DNA of 64,000 nt from Candidatus Multivoradales bacterium (GTDB taxonomy: Bacteria; Acidobacteriota; Thermoanaerobaculia; Multivoradales; JAHEKO01), in assembly GCA_965223855.1 (NCBI GenBank), contig CBDCXM010000009.1, positions 2,048,001 to 2,112,000 of the forward strand, written 5' to 3'. The position numbers and the translations under genes were made by a program. Positions 40,144-51,285 of this stretch are shown here, piece by piece (position 1 is the stretch's first letter; each line of letters begins with the position of its first letter). The notes under the pieces were generated by a model that had not been told where the DNA came from, made no database searches, and was given only the letters and a program-made list of their open reading frames with translations.

Positions 40144-41964
40144 GTGCGCATCCTCGGAATCTCGGCCTTCTACCACGACTCCGCCGCCTGCCTGGTCGTG
40201 GACGGAGAGCTGGTCGCCGCGGCCCAGGAGGAGCGCTTCACCCGCAAGAAGCACGACCACCGCTTCCCGACGTCCGCAATCGCCAGCTGTCTGGAGTCGG
40301 CGGGGGTCGCCCTGGGCGAACTCGACGCCGTCGCTTTTTACGACAAGCCGTGGCTCAAGTTCGAGCGCCTGCTGGAGACCTACCTCGGCTTCGCTCCGGC
40401 CGGGCTCCCCTCGTTCTACAAGGCGATGCCGTTGTGGCTGCGCCAGAAGCTGTGGATGGAGTCGTTGATCCGCAAGGAGCTGGGCGGTTTCGAGGGGCCG
40501 CTCTATTTTCCGGAGCACCATCAGTCGCACGCGGCCTCGGCCTTCTACCCGTCTCCTTATCCGAGCGCCGCCGTGCTCACGAGCGACGGCGTCGGCGAGT
40601 GGGCGACCGCCTCCTGGGGGGCAGGCAGCGGCTCGACCCTCGAGCTGCGCCAGGAGCTGACCTTTCCGCACAGCCTCGGCCTGCTCTACTCGGCCTTCAC
40701 CTACTACACCGGATTCCGGGTCAATTCCGGCGAGTACAAGATCATGGGGCTCGCCCCCTACGGCCGTCCGATCTACGTCGATCGCATCCTCGACCACCTC
40801 GTCGATCTGCGCGAAGACGGGTCTTTCCGGCTCGACATGAGGTACTTCAACTACTGCCAGGGCCTGACGATGACCTCGAAGGCGTTCGACGAGCTCTTCG
40901 ACGGTCCGCCACGGGAGCCGGAGAGCAAGCTCGAGCAGAAGCAGATGGATCTCGCCCGCTCGGTGCAGGAGGTGACGGAAGAGATCATGCTGCGGATGGC
41001 TCGCTACGTCAGGCGCGAGACCGGCGAGCGCAATCTGTGCATGGCCGGCGGGGTGGCGCTCAACTGTGTCGCCAACGGAAAGATCCTGCGCGCAGGGATC
41101 TTCGATGACCTGTGGATCCAACCGGCGGCCGGCGATGCCGGCGGTGCGCTCGGGGCGGCGCTCTTCGTCTGGCACCAGGTGCAGGGGGGCGAGCGGAGTC
41201 GCGACGGCCGTCACGACGTGCAGCGCGGCTCCTATCTGGGGCCGGCCTTCGGCACCGACGAGATCGTCGAATGGCTCGATCGCAAAGGGGCGCCCTACCA
41301 GCGGCTGGCATCGACCGAGGTTCCCGACCGGGTCGCCGACCTGATGACCGAGGAGAAGGTCATCGGCTGGTTCTCAGGCCCGATGGAGTTCGGGCCGCGC
41401 GCTCTCGGCGGCAGGAGCATCCTCGGCGACGCTCGCAGCACGAAGATGCAGACGACGATGAACCTCAAGATCAAGTATCGGGAGTCGTTCCGCCCGTTCG
41501 CGCCGGCCTGCCTGGCCGAGGATGTCTCGGAGTACTTCGAGCTCGATCGCCCGTCGCCCTACATGCTGCTTGTCGCGGACGTGCAGCGCTCACGCCGCCG
41601 CGAGATGACGACGGAGCAGGAGGCGCTCTTCGGCATCGAGAAGCTCAACGTGCCGCGCTCCGACATTCCTGCGGTGACCCACGTCGACTACTCCGCGCGT
41701 GTGCAGACCGTGCACCGCGACACCAACCCGCGCTTCCACGCAGTGCTGGAGGCGTTCAAGGCGCGTACCGGCTGCGGCGTCGTCGTCAACACGTCGTTCA
41801 ACGTCCGCGGCGAGCCGATCGTCTGCACGCCGAAGGATGCCTATCTCTGCTTCATGCGTACCGAAATGGACGTCCTGGTGCTCGAGGACTGCATCCTCCT
41901 CAAGGAGGAGCAGCCGCCGCTCGAGGAGGACGGTGACTGGAGAGAGCTCTATGCGCTCGACTGA
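40144..41964 (+). CDS. NodU/CmcH/SxtI-family O-carbamoyltransferase
   Basis: ILGISAFYHDSAA, EHHQSHAASAF, EYKIMGLAPYG, EFGPRALG, NTSFNVRGEPIV; GTG 40144. Confidence 0.9.
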   Translation: MRILGISAFYHDSAACLVVDGELVAAAQEERFTRKKHDHRFPTSAIASCLESAGVALGELDAVAFYDKPWLKFERLLETYLGFAPAGLPSFYKAMPLWLRQKLWMESLIRKELGGFEGPLYFPEHHQSHAASAFYPSPYPSAAVLTSDGVGEWATASWGAGSGSTLELRQELTFPHSLGLLYSAFTYYTGFRVNSGEYKIMGLAPYGRPIYVDRILDHLVDLREDGSFRLDMRYFNYCQGLTMTSKAFDELFDGPPREPESKLEQKQMDLARSVQEVTEEIMLRMARYVRRETGERNLCMAGGVALNCVANGKILRAGIFDDLWIQPAAGDAGGALGAALFVWHQVQGGERSRDGRHDVQRGSYLGPAFGTDEIVEWLDRKGAPYQRLASTEVPDRVADLMTEEKVIGWFSGPMEFGPRALGGRSILGDARSTKMQTTMNLKIKYRESFRPFAPACLAEDVSEYFELDRPSPYMLLVADVQRSRRREMTTEQEALFGIEKLNVPRSDIPAVTHVDYSARVQTVHRDTNPRFHAVLEAFKARTGCGVVVNTSFNVRGEPIVCTPKDAYLCFMRTEMDVLVLEDCILLKEEQPPLEEDGDWRELYALD

Positions 41965-41994
41965 CCTGCTGCGATCGCTCCGGGGCAGGACGCC

Positions 41995-42384
41995 GTGAGC
42001 ACCGGCACGAGCGACCTGCGGCGCTTCGGCCTGGCGTTCGGCGGTGGGCTCACCGTCCTCGGAAGCCTGCTCGCCTGGAAGAGCAAGGCGGCCGCTCCCT
42101 GGGTGCTGGGTGCCGCCGGGACGATCTTCGTCGCCGGCCTCCTGGCGCCCCGCCTCCTGGCGCCTCTCGAGAAGGTGATGGCGGCGATCTTCCGCGCCGT
42201 GACCGTCACGTTGACGTACGTCCTCCTGACGATCATTTTCGTCGTCGTGCTCACGCCGATGGGACTCGTGCGCAGACTGCTCGGGCGAGACTCCCTCGGC
42301 CTCAAGCTCGAGCCGGATCGCGAAAGCTACTGGGTCGACGTCGAGGCCGACGGCCCCGGCTCGCGACCCGAGTCGCCCTTTTGA
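41995..42384 (+). CDS. SxtJ-family membrane protein
   Basis: LRRFG, VLTPMGLVRRLLGRD, SYW; follows a carbamoyltransferase. Confidence 0.75.
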   Translation: MSTGTSDLRRFGLAFGGGLTVLGSLLAWKSKAAAPWVLGAAGTIFVAGLLAPRLLAPLEKVMAAIFRAVTVTLTYVLLTIIFVVVLTPMGLVRRLLGRDSLGLKLEPDRESYWVDVEADGPGSRPESPF

Positions 42385-42386
42385 GG

Positions 42387-43487
42387 CTAGCGCGGCAGCT
42401 CGATGTCGGCGGGAAGCTCGTGCCCCTCGTCGGCGAGGAAGCGGCGGAAGTGGTCCTTGTCGATCGCCTTGTCGAGCGCCGAGAGCGGCTCCACCAGATC
42501 GTCCGAGACCAGTTTCTTGAGCGAGTCGTCCATCGTCGTCATGCCCTCGCCTCTGCCGCTCCGGATGATGTCGGGGATCTTGTAGGTCTGTCCGGCTCGG
42601 ATCGCCTGCGAAAGTGCGGCCGAGTGAAATAGGATCTCGAGCGCCGCGATTCTCCCTCCGCCGACGCGCCGCACCAGCTGCTGCGCGATCACTGCGCGCA
42701 GCGCCGAGGAAAGAGTCTGCGCGATGCCGTCACGGCGGTCCGACGGGAAGGCGGCGAGCATGCGGTCCAGAGTCTTGGCTGCGGAGTTGGTGTGGAGGGT
42801 TCCGAGGACGAGCAGGCCGGCGTCGGCGGCCCTGAGTGCGATCTCGATCACTTCGGCGTCGCGCAGCTCACCGACGAGGATGACGTCCGGGTCTTCCCGC
42901 AGGGCGACGTGAAGCGCCGAGGCGAAGCTCTTCGTGTGGGTGCCGACTTCGCGCTGGTGGAGGATCGACAGGCGGTTCCTGTGGACGAACTCGATCGGGT
43001 CCTCGACGGTGACGATGTTGGCCGCCCGCTCGCTGTTGATCAGATCGACGACCGCGGCGAGGGTCGTGCTCTTCCCGGCTCCGGTCGGACCGGTGACGAG
43101 CACCAGCCCGGCATCGAAGCCGGCGGTCAGGCGCACGCTGTCGGGGAAGCCGAGCTGTTCGAGTGTCACCACCTCGCTCGGGATGATGCGAAAACTGGCC
43201 GCCAGGCCGCGAAGCTGTCGGAAGACGTTGCCGCGGAAGCGGGCGACACCTTCTACCTCGTAGGCGAAGTCGCACTCGCCGTGCTCCTCCAACTGCTTCC
43301 ACACCGCGGCCCGGCAGATCGGCTTGACGAGCGCCTCGACTTCGGTGTCATCGAGGATGCGGTAGCGCACGGCGTCGAGCTCTCCGGCGATTCGCAGCAT
43401 CGGCGGCTGACCCGCCGACAGGTGGAGGTCGGAGGCGCCCCGATCCGCGGTCAGTCGCAGGAAACGGTCGATCCTCGAGGCGCTCAT
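42387..43487 (-). CDS. PilT/PilU-family ATPase
   Basis: ASDLHL, GPTGAGKSTT, EDPIE, ALREDPDVILVGELRD, TLHT; ATG 43487. Confidence 0.9.
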   Translation of the reverse strand: MSASRIDRFLRLTADRGASDLHLSAGQPPMLRIAGELDAVRYRILDDTEVEALVKPICRAAVWKQLEEHGECDFAYEVEGVARFRGNVFRQLRGLAASFRIIPSEVVTLEQLGFPDSVRLTAGFDAGLVLVTGPTGAGKSTTLAAVVDLINSERAANIVTVEDPIEFVHRNRLSILHQREVGTHTKSFASALHVALREDPDVILVGELRDAEVIEIALRAADAGLLVLGTLHTNSAAKTLDRMLAAFPSDRRDGIAQTLSSALRAVIAQQLVRRVGGGRIAALEILFHSAALSQAIRAGQTYKIPDIIRSGRGEGMTTMDDSLKKLVSDDLVEPLSALDKAIDKDHFRRFLADEGHELPADIELPR

Positions 43488-45940
43488 GCTCTGACGACTC
43501 CCCGCTCGGCGAGCCAGGCCGGGTCGCAAAGCGGCTCGAAGACGGCTCGCTTGGTAGCGAGGTACCAGGCGTCCTCGGGCCGGACCGCGCGCTCCTGAAC
43601 CTTCTTCAGCAGCGCCTGGTCGAGCGTCTGGTTGCCGATCTCGCTGCCGAGCTGCATGAGGCCCGGAATCTGGTGGGTCTCGGCCTTCCGGATCAGGTGT
43701 CCGATGCTCGGCGTGACTTTCAGCACCTCGAAGACGCCGACGCGACCGGGAGGCTTGGCCTTCGGCAGCAGTCGCTGACAGACGACGAACTTCAGGGTCT
43801 CCGAGAGTGCCGAGCGCGCGTGATCCTGCTCCTCGGGCGAGAAGGCGGTGATCAGCCGATCGATCGCCTGTACGACGGTCGAGGTGTGGAGCGTCGTCAG
43901 CACCAGATGTCCGGTTTCCGCCGCCTCGAGGGCGAGCCGGATGGTGTCGGCGCGTCGCAGCTCTCCGAGGACGAGGATGTCCGGGTCCTCGCGCAGCGCG
44001 GCGCGCAGACCGCGGGAGTAGCTGCGGCTGTGGACCCCGATCTGCCTCTGATTGACGAGAGCGAGCTTGGAGCGGTGGACGATCTCGATCGGATCCTCCA
44101 TCGAGATGATGTGGACCGCCTTGCGGTCGTTGATGCGATCGACGACCGCCGCCAGCGAGGAGCTCTTGCCGCTGCCGGTCGGACCGCAGAACGCCACGAT
44201 CCCCTGGTGGTAGTTCACCAGGTCGTCGAGGATCTCGGGCATTCCGAGTCGCTCCATGGTCGGCGGCCGCTCCGCGATGACTCGGAAACTGGCCGACCAC
44301 CCCTTGCGACTGAGGAACGCATTGCCCCGATAGCGCCCGACCCCCTCGATCTCGTAGTCGAAGTCGAGCTCTCCCTTTTGCTGCATGGAGGTCTGCTGCT
44401 CCGGGGAGAGGATCGAGAGAATCAGCTCCTTGGCCTCGGTCGGCGAGAGTTCGCGATCGGTCATCGCCTTGAGTTGGCCGTCGAGCCGCATGAGCGGTGG
44501 CTCGCCGGCAGCGAGATTGACGTCACTGGCGGTGCTGCGGCGTGCCTCGTAGAGGCGCTGGTCGAGTTCACGATCGAACGACTGCTCGATCTGAATCTCG
44601 TCCGGATGATCCTCCTCGAGGCCGAGTTCGGAGATCAGTCGCGAGATCATGTCGCCCGCCCGCCGGCGGACGGTGAGCGACGAGTCGGTGTTGCGGCAGT
44701 GGGCGAAGACCGGCATCAGCCGTTCGTCCTGGATCCTCCCGAGGCCTTGCAGCGCTTCGAGCCGCACCTCGTCGCGGGGGTCCTTCAGCAGCTCGACCAG
44801 CGCCTGCAGTGAGGCGGGGGTGCCGAAGCGCCCGAGGGCGTCGATCGCCGCCCAGCGGATCTCGTCATCGCCGAGGACTGCGATCAGCGGCTCCACGGCG
44901 CGCTCGTCGCCGAGTTTCGCCAGCGAGTCGCAGACGGTGACCCGGATCCACCAGTCGTCGTCGGCGAGCAGGTCGCAGAACGGGGCGACGAGCTCCTGGC
45001 TGTCGAACGCCTCTGCCAGGGTCAGTGCGTAGAAGCGGGTTCCGGGGTCTTCGTGCCTCAGGAGCTCCAGCGTGGCCCGCAGGACCGGCTCGCCTCCCTC
45101 CCCGAGGCCCTGAAGCACGCGAGTTCGCAGCCAGCCGAGGAGGCCGCTGCAGAAGCGCAACGCCTCCGGGACGACCACTTCGGCCGGGCCGCTCGCGAAC
45201 AGCACCTGGCTCGCCGCCTTGCGCACCGCGCGATCGCGATGGGTGAGCCCCTGGAGCATCGCGTCACGGACCAGTTCCGGCGCCGCCGCGGCCTCCCGTT
45301 TCAGATAGTCGCTCGCCACCGCTCGCGTCTGGGCCTCGCCGGTGGCGAAGCGATCGAGCATCAGTTTCAACACCTGCTGGCCGCGGACCTCGGCCAGCGC
45401 CTGCAGGGCGCGCGCCCCCAGGCGGCGGTCTTCGGAGTCGCACAGGCGCAGCAACAGCGTCTGCAGTTCGGCCGGCCGCTCGATCTCGAGCAGCTCGTTG
45501 AGCGCCTTGAGTCGCATCGCCGGCGGTGCCGCCACGACCGCTTTCTGCAGGTAGAGCCTTCTCAGTGGGTCCTCGAGCATGAGCGCGGTGTCCCAGCCGA
45601 GACGGCGCTCCTCCGGCTCGTTCGAGCGCAGCAGGTCGTCGACCGCGGAGCTGGTGAGCTCCTCGGAGGTTCGGCGCAGGGTCTCGGCGAGCCGCTCGCG
45701 AATCGCCGGTCGCGCCTCGCGGAGCCTCTCGAGAAGGCCCCTCACCGCCTTCGAGTTGGCGCGCGCCGCGAAGAACCGCTGTCCGGCCCGCGCGACCTCG
45801 TCGTCGCCGTGGACGGCCAGCTTGAGCGCCTCGACCGGTTGCAGCGGCTTGCCGATCAGATCGGCGAGCAGGGAGTCCCGCTCCTGGTCGGAACTCCACT
45901 CGGAGGCGACCAGCCGGGCCAATGCGGAGGAGGCGCTCAC
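43484..45940 (-). CDS. HEAT-repeat-PilT/PilU ATPase fusion
   Basis: About 440 aa of HEAT-like repeats, then [31 protein letters not shown]. Confidence 0.85.
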   Translation of the reverse strand: MSASSALARLVASEWSSDQERDSLLADLIGKPLQPVEALKLAVHGDDEVARAGQRFFAARANSKAVRGLLERLREARPAIRERLAETLRRTSEELTSSAVDDLLRSNEPEERRLGWDTALMLEDPLRRLYLQKAVVAAPPAMRLKALNELLEIERPAELQTLLLRLCDSEDRRLGARALQALAEVRGQQVLKLMLDRFATGEAQTRAVASDYLKREAAAAPELVRDAMLQGLTHRDRAVRKAASQVLFASGPAEVVVPEALRFCSGLLGWLRTRVLQGLGEGGEPVLRATLELLRHEDPGTRFYALTLAEAFDSQELVAPFCDLLADDDWWIRVTVCDSLAKLGDERAVEPLIAVLGDDEIRWAAIDALGRFGTPASLQALVELLKDPRDEVRLEALQGLGRIQDERLMPVFAHCRNTDSSLTVRRRAGDMISRLISELGLEEDHPDEIQIEQSFDRELDQRLYEARRSTASDVNLAAGEPPLMRLDGQLKAMTDRELSPTEAKELILSILSPEQQTSMQQKGELDFDYEIEGVGRYRGNAFLSRKGWSASFRVIAERPPTMERLGMPEILDDLVNYHQGIVAFCGPTGSGKSSSLAAVVDRINDRKAVHIISMEDPIEIVHRSKLALVNQRQIGVHSRSYSRGLRAALREDPDILVLGELRRADTIRLALEAAETGHLVLTTLHTSTVVQAIDRLITAFSPEEQDHARSALSETLKFVVCQRLLPKAKPPGRVGVFEVLKVTPSIGHLIRKAETHQIPGLMQLGSEIGNQTLDQALLKKVQERAVRPEDAWYLATKRAVFEPLCDPAWLAERGVVRA

Positions 45941-46040
45941 GGCCGGAGAGCCTAGCAGCTTGCCGACGCGCCGAGCCGTTCGACGAACGGGGGCCGGCAG
46001 GGCATTAGAATCTCCGCCGACCGATGGAAGGGCTCGACTG

Positions 46041-46918
<878 letters not shown>

Positions 46919-46922
<4 letters not shown>

Positions 46923-48034
46923 TGGCGAAGGCGCTCAAGATCGGCGGGGCGGTGGTCAAGCGGGGTCAGCGCCGCAGGCTCGAGATCCCCGTGGCGCGCC
47001 TGCCGACCGGCACGCCGCTGTCGCTTCCCGTCACGGTGCTGCGGGGGAAGCCGTCCGGTCCCACGATCTGGCTCTCGGCGGCGCTTCACGGCGACGAGAT
47101 CAACGGCACCGAGATCATCCGCAGGGTGATCACCCAGCTCGATGCCAAGACGCTGCGCGGCACGGTCATCGCGGTACCGATCGTCAACGTCTACGGCTTC
47201 ATCGAGCGGAGCCGCTACCTGCCCGATCGCCGCGACCTCAATCGCAGCTTCCCGGGCTCCCGCAGCGGTTCACTGGCCTCGCGCCTCGCCCATCTGTTCC
47301 TCGCCGAGGTGGTGTCGCACTGCTCCCACGGAATCGACTTTCACACCGGCGCCCTGCATCGCAGCAATCTCCCCCACCTGCGGGCCGATCTGAAGGACGC
47401 GGAAGCGCGCCGGCTGGCCGCGGCCTTCAACGCTCCGCTGCTCTTTCACGCGAAGCGGATCGTCGGGTCTCTGAGAGCCGAAGCCTACAAGCGCAAGATC
47501 CCGATCCTCGTCTTCGAGGGGGGCGAGCCGCTGCGCTTCGACGAGCCTTCGATCCGCTCCGGCGTCCGCGGCACCCTGCGGGTGCTGGAGGCGCTCGACA
47601 TGATCGATTCCGAACCCGAGCGCCAGCGCTCGAAGACCACCCACGAGGCGTCGAAGGCGACCTGGCTGAGGGCGCCCAGGAGCGGCATTCTCCACCTCGC
47701 CACGTCGATGGGAGAGAAGATCGCCAAAGGGGACATCCTGGCGCGCATCGCCGATCCGTTCTCCGGCCGCCGTCGGATCCTGCGAGCGCCGTTCGACGGG
47801 CTGGTCTTCTCGCAGATCACCAATCCCCTGGTCTACCAGGGGGACGCGATCCTTCACCTCGCGATGCTCAAGCCCCGTCGGCGGTCCTCGAAGAAGAAGA
47901 AGGTGAGCGCCAAGGCGGGCACCAGGAAGGTCTCGAAGAGGGAAGCGCCCGCCCGGGCCGGCAAGACAGGCAGCGGGACGAAGAGCTCGGCTGTGGAGCC
48001 GCTCGTCAAGAAGCCCGCGAAGTCGGGCTCCTGA
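46919..48034 (+). CDS. Succinylglutamate desuccinylase/aspartoacylase-family (M14) deacylase with Lys-rich tail
   Basis: [26 protein letters not shown]; basic C-terminus. Confidence 0.85.
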
Positions 48035-48836
48035 CGTCCCCGTCCTCGCGCTCGGCTTTCTTTCTCTCGGTCCAGAGCCGATCCAGCTCTTCGAGTTCGG
48101 TCTCGGCGACCGTCGTTCCCCGCTTCTCGAGCTCTTGCTCGACGCCACGGAAGCGCCGCGCGAACTTGCCGTTGGTCGAGGCGAGGGCGCCCTCCGGGTC
48201 GATGCCGAGGTGGCGTGCCAGATTGGCGACGGTGAAGAGGACGTCGCCGATCTCGTCGCGGAGGCGCTGTGGATCGGGTGACTCTGCTTCGAGCTCGGCT
48301 TCGAGTTCGCCGATCTCCTCGTCGAGTTTGGCCTTGACTTCGTCGGCCTTCGCCCAGTCGAAACCGACGCCGGAGGCCTTCTGGGTCACACGGTATGCGT
48401 GGACCAGTGCCGGCAGGGTCGTCGGTACGCCGTCGAGCACCGAACCGCTGCGCTCGGACGCCTTCCGCTTCTCCCAGGCGACCCGGACCGCTCCGGAGTC
48501 CGGAAGCCGTTCCTCACCGAAGACGTGCGGGTGTCGGTCGACCATCTTGGTCTCGATGCCGTCGATCACGTCCTCCACCGAGAAGGCTCCGCTCTCTCCG
48601 GCGAGAGTCGTCAGGAAGGCGACCTGGAACAGGAGGTCGCCGAGCTCCTCGCGGATCTCGTCCCAGTCGCCACCATCGACGGCGGCAGCCGCTTCGTGCG
48701 CTTCCTCGATGAGGAAAGGGCGCAGGTCGGCGAGTTCCTGCTCGCGGTCCCAGGGGCAGCCGTCCGGAGCTCTCAGGCGCGCGACGAGATCGGTCAGTCG
48801 GCGCAGACTCGAGCGCTCTTTCGGGGGTGTGCTCAC
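48006..48836 (-). CDS. mazG: Nucleoside triphosphate pyrophosphohydrolase MazG
   Basis: LRAPDGCPWDREQ, EELGDLL, RHPHVF, GFDW, EIGDVLF. Confidence 0.92.
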   Translation of the reverse strand: MSTPPKERSSLRRLTDLVARLRAPDGCPWDREQELADLRPFLIEEAHEAAAAVDGGDWDEIREELGDLLFQVAFLTTLAGESGAFSVEDVIDGIETKMVDRHPHVFGEERLPDSGAVRVAWEKRKASERSGSVLDGVPTTLPALVHAYRVTQKASGVGFDWAKADEVKAKLDEEIGELEAELEAESPDPQRLRDEIGDVLFTVANLARHLGIDPEGALASTNGKFARRFRGVEQELEKRGTTVAETELEELDRLWTERKKAEREDGDVRSPTSRAS

Positions 48837-48894
48837 GATCGGGGGGCTTTGCTACGATGGCTGTTCAGGTTACACCAGCGCTGGAGATGTTCCG

Positions 48895-49455
48895 TTGAGC
48901 GAAGAAGGGCTCAAAGTCACCGATCGAAGAATGTTCACTCCTGATGGGGAGTTGCGGGAGGAGTTCCGCCACCTCGAGGAGTCCCCCGGCAGGGAAGAGC
49001 CGAGTGGGGAGGAGCGCGGCACGGACGAGCAAGACGCGACGGGATCCGACGTCGCCAGGAGCGCCGCCGCAGAAGCGAAGCCGACCGCCGGTTCTCCCTC
49101 GATCGAGAGCCCCCCATCCGGTCGCGTGGAGCAGGAGCCGCCCACCGGGCCGATCGCGGGTGCGGAGGCCACCGCCGGCCCCGGGGAAGGACCGGACGGC
49201 GAGGCCGAGGTGGGGAAGATGTTCCCCGAGCTGATCGGGGTCCTCGCCGAGCCGGCCGCCCTCTACCTCGGGGACGCTCAGCTCCCGGACGGCCGGACGA
49301 TGGAGAACGCCGAGATGGCGCGCTTGCACATCGACCTGCTGGCGGCGCTCAAGGCGAAGACGGCCGGCAATCTCGATGAGCGGGAGTCGGCCCTGCTGGA
49401 CAACATCCTCTATCAGCTCAGGGTTCGCTACGTTCAGAAGTTCGGGCCGCAGTAG
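48895..49455 (+). CDS. DUF1844-domain protein
   Basis: GGAG SD then TTG 48895; KVTDRRMF N-terminus; ARLHIDLL..KTAGNL..LYQLRVRYV. Confidence 0.75.
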   Translation: MSEEGLKVTDRRMFTPDGELREEFRHLEESPGREEPSGEERGTDEQDATGSDVARSAAAEAKPTAGSPSIESPPSGRVEQEPPTGPIAGAEATAGPGEGPDGEAEVGKMFPELIGVLAEPAALYLGDAQLPDGRTMENAEMARLHIDLLAALKAKTAGNLDERESALLDNILYQLRVRYVQKFGPQ

Positions 49456-51270
49456 ATGAGGGCGCGGTCGCCGTGGAGGATCTGGGCCGCGGCCGTATGG
49501 ACCGCCGCGGCGATCGGCGTTGCGGCCGTCGGTGTTGCAGCGCTCGGTGCTTCGGCGGCCAGCGCCGCGGAGGTGACCGTCGAGGAGACCTCGCCGGAGG
49601 AGTTGGAGGAGGCGTCCCGGCCGCCCGGACTGCGACTCGACGCGGGCGCGCGGCGCGACCTGGCGACGCTTCAGCAAGGCTGGTCCGAGTGGCTGGCCGC
49701 GTACGAAGCCGACGATTCGGACGGCGAGGAGCTCGCTCTCGAAGGCGTTCTCGAGCGGCTCGATCTTCTCGGCATGAGCGGGATACCGGAACTCAGCGTT
49801 GCCGCCTCGGCCCGTGCCGTCGAATCTGCGCGGCTCGGCGACCTGAGGCGGGCGGCGAGAGCGCTGACGGCGGCGGAGCGGCTCGATCCCGGCCGACCCG
49901 AAACCGCCTTTGCACGGGCGGCGATCCAGGGACGGCAGGGCGAGCGGTGGAGAGGGGTCATTTCGACCTTCGAGGGCTACACCCGCCTGGCGAGGCAGCC
50001 GCTCGAGAGGAGGCTCTGGTTCCACAACGCCGTGCTGTGGAGCCTTACCACGGCTCTTCTCGGCGGCTGTGTCTTCGTGGTGCTGCTGATGGCGGTGCGG
50101 GGTCCGGCGCTTTTCGGCAGCCTCCTCAAGCCGCTGCGCCGCTGGATGCCGGCACCCGCCGCGGTGGCGGTTGTCGTAGCTCTGCTGCTGTGGCCGATCG
50201 CGATTCCGGGAGGTGTGCTGGCGATTGCGCTGAACTGGGCACTCCTGTTGTGGACCTACAGTCAGCGGTCCGAGAAGGTCGTGCTGGCGGCATTGTGGAT
50301 CCTCTTCGGCTTCACCCCTCTGATCCTCGACGAGCAGCGCCGCCACGTCTCGGTCGACCTGTCGCCGATGACGATGGCCGCCGAGGCTGCGAGGCTCGGG
50401 CATCTCGAGGGGCGGCTCTTCACCGACCTCAGTCGGCTCCACCTGTTGTTGCCGGACAACGAGGCGGCCGGCCATCTCATCGCCGATCAATACCGGCGAG
50501 CCGGTCAGTGCGACCAGGCGATGGGGCTCTACGAGGGTGTACTCGAGGCCGATCCCGACAACGCGCGCGCCTGGGTCGATCTCGGGGCCTGCCGCTTCCT
50601 GCGTGGCGAGTACGACCGCGCCATCGAGATCTTTCGCCGGGGCACGAGCCTCGATGCGGAGGTGGCGCAGGGACACTTCAATCTGAGTCTCGCTTACTCC
50701 GAGCTCTACGATTTCGCGGAGTCGGAGCGCTCCTTGACGCGAGCGCAGGCTCTCGACTCGTCGGCGGTCGCCCGCTGGCTCGAAGAGAGTCCCCGTCGCG
50801 GCGTGGCGGAAGTGGCCGCGGGTGTCGACCGGGCCGCCGAGGTGCGGCGCCACCTGCGCCGCTCCTGGCTGCTGGAGGACGAGCAGATGGCGTGGTCGTC
50901 TCCGCTCGAGGACTATCGATCGATCCCCATCGCCGCGGCCGGACTGCTGCTCTCCTTCGTGCTGAGCCGGTTCCTCCCCAGGAGCCGTCTCGAGTCGCAG
51001 GCTCCGCCCCTGATCGACTGGGGGGGGCGGCGAGGCGAGTTCTACCGCGTGATGCTGCCCGGGATCGCCGAGCTCGAGGCCGGCGAGTCCGTGCGCGCTG
51101 TTCTGTCTGTCACGATCCTCATCGGCTTGCTGCTCCTTCCGTGGGTCGCAGCCTACGGCTATCGGATCCCGTGGGGACTCGAGCCCGACTTTCGCCTGGG
51201 ATGGCTCGGGGCCGCTGTCGGACTCACCCTCTACTTCGTCCTGCGGTGGAGGAGGGAACTCGCCTACTAG
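49456..51270 (+). CDS. Membrane protein with TPR repeats
   Basis: Signal-like N-terminus, TM blocks, TPR-like repeats (ARAWVDLG, GHFNLSLAY). Confidence 0.75.
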   Translation: MRARSPWRIWAAAVWTAAAIGVAAVGVAALGASAASAAEVTVEETSPEELEEASRPPGLRLDAGARRDLATLQQGWSEWLAAYEADDSDGEELALEGVLERLDLLGMSGIPELSVAASARAVESARLGDLRRAARALTAAERLDPGRPETAFARAAIQGRQGERWRGVISTFEGYTRLARQPLERRLWFHNAVLWSLTTALLGGCVFVVLLMAVRGPALFGSLLKPLRRWMPAPAAVAVVVALLLWPIAIPGGVLAIALNWALLLWTYSQRSEKVVLAALWILFGFTPLILDEQRRHVSVDLSPMTMAAEAARLGHLEGRLFTDLSRLHLLLPDNEAAGHLIADQYRRAGQCDQAMGLYEGVLEADPDNARAWVDLGACRFLRGEYDRAIEIFRRGTSLDAEVAQGHFNLSLAYSELYDFAESERSLTRAQALDSSAVARWLEESPRRGVAEVAAGVDRAAEVRRHLRRSWLLEDEQMAWSSPLEDYRSIPIAAAGLLLSFVLSRFLPRSRLESQAPPLIDWGGRRGEFYRVMLPGIAELEAGESVRAVLSVTILIGLLLLPWVAAYGYRIPWGLEPDFRLGWLGAAVGLTLYFVLRWRRELAY

Positions 51271-51285
51271 GGCGAGGGTCTCGGC

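Noticed and set aside
40144-42384. Saxitoxin biosynthesis cluster
   Set aside because: Only sxtI/sxtJ-like genes are present, which are widespread outside toxin producers; no sxtA or sxtG
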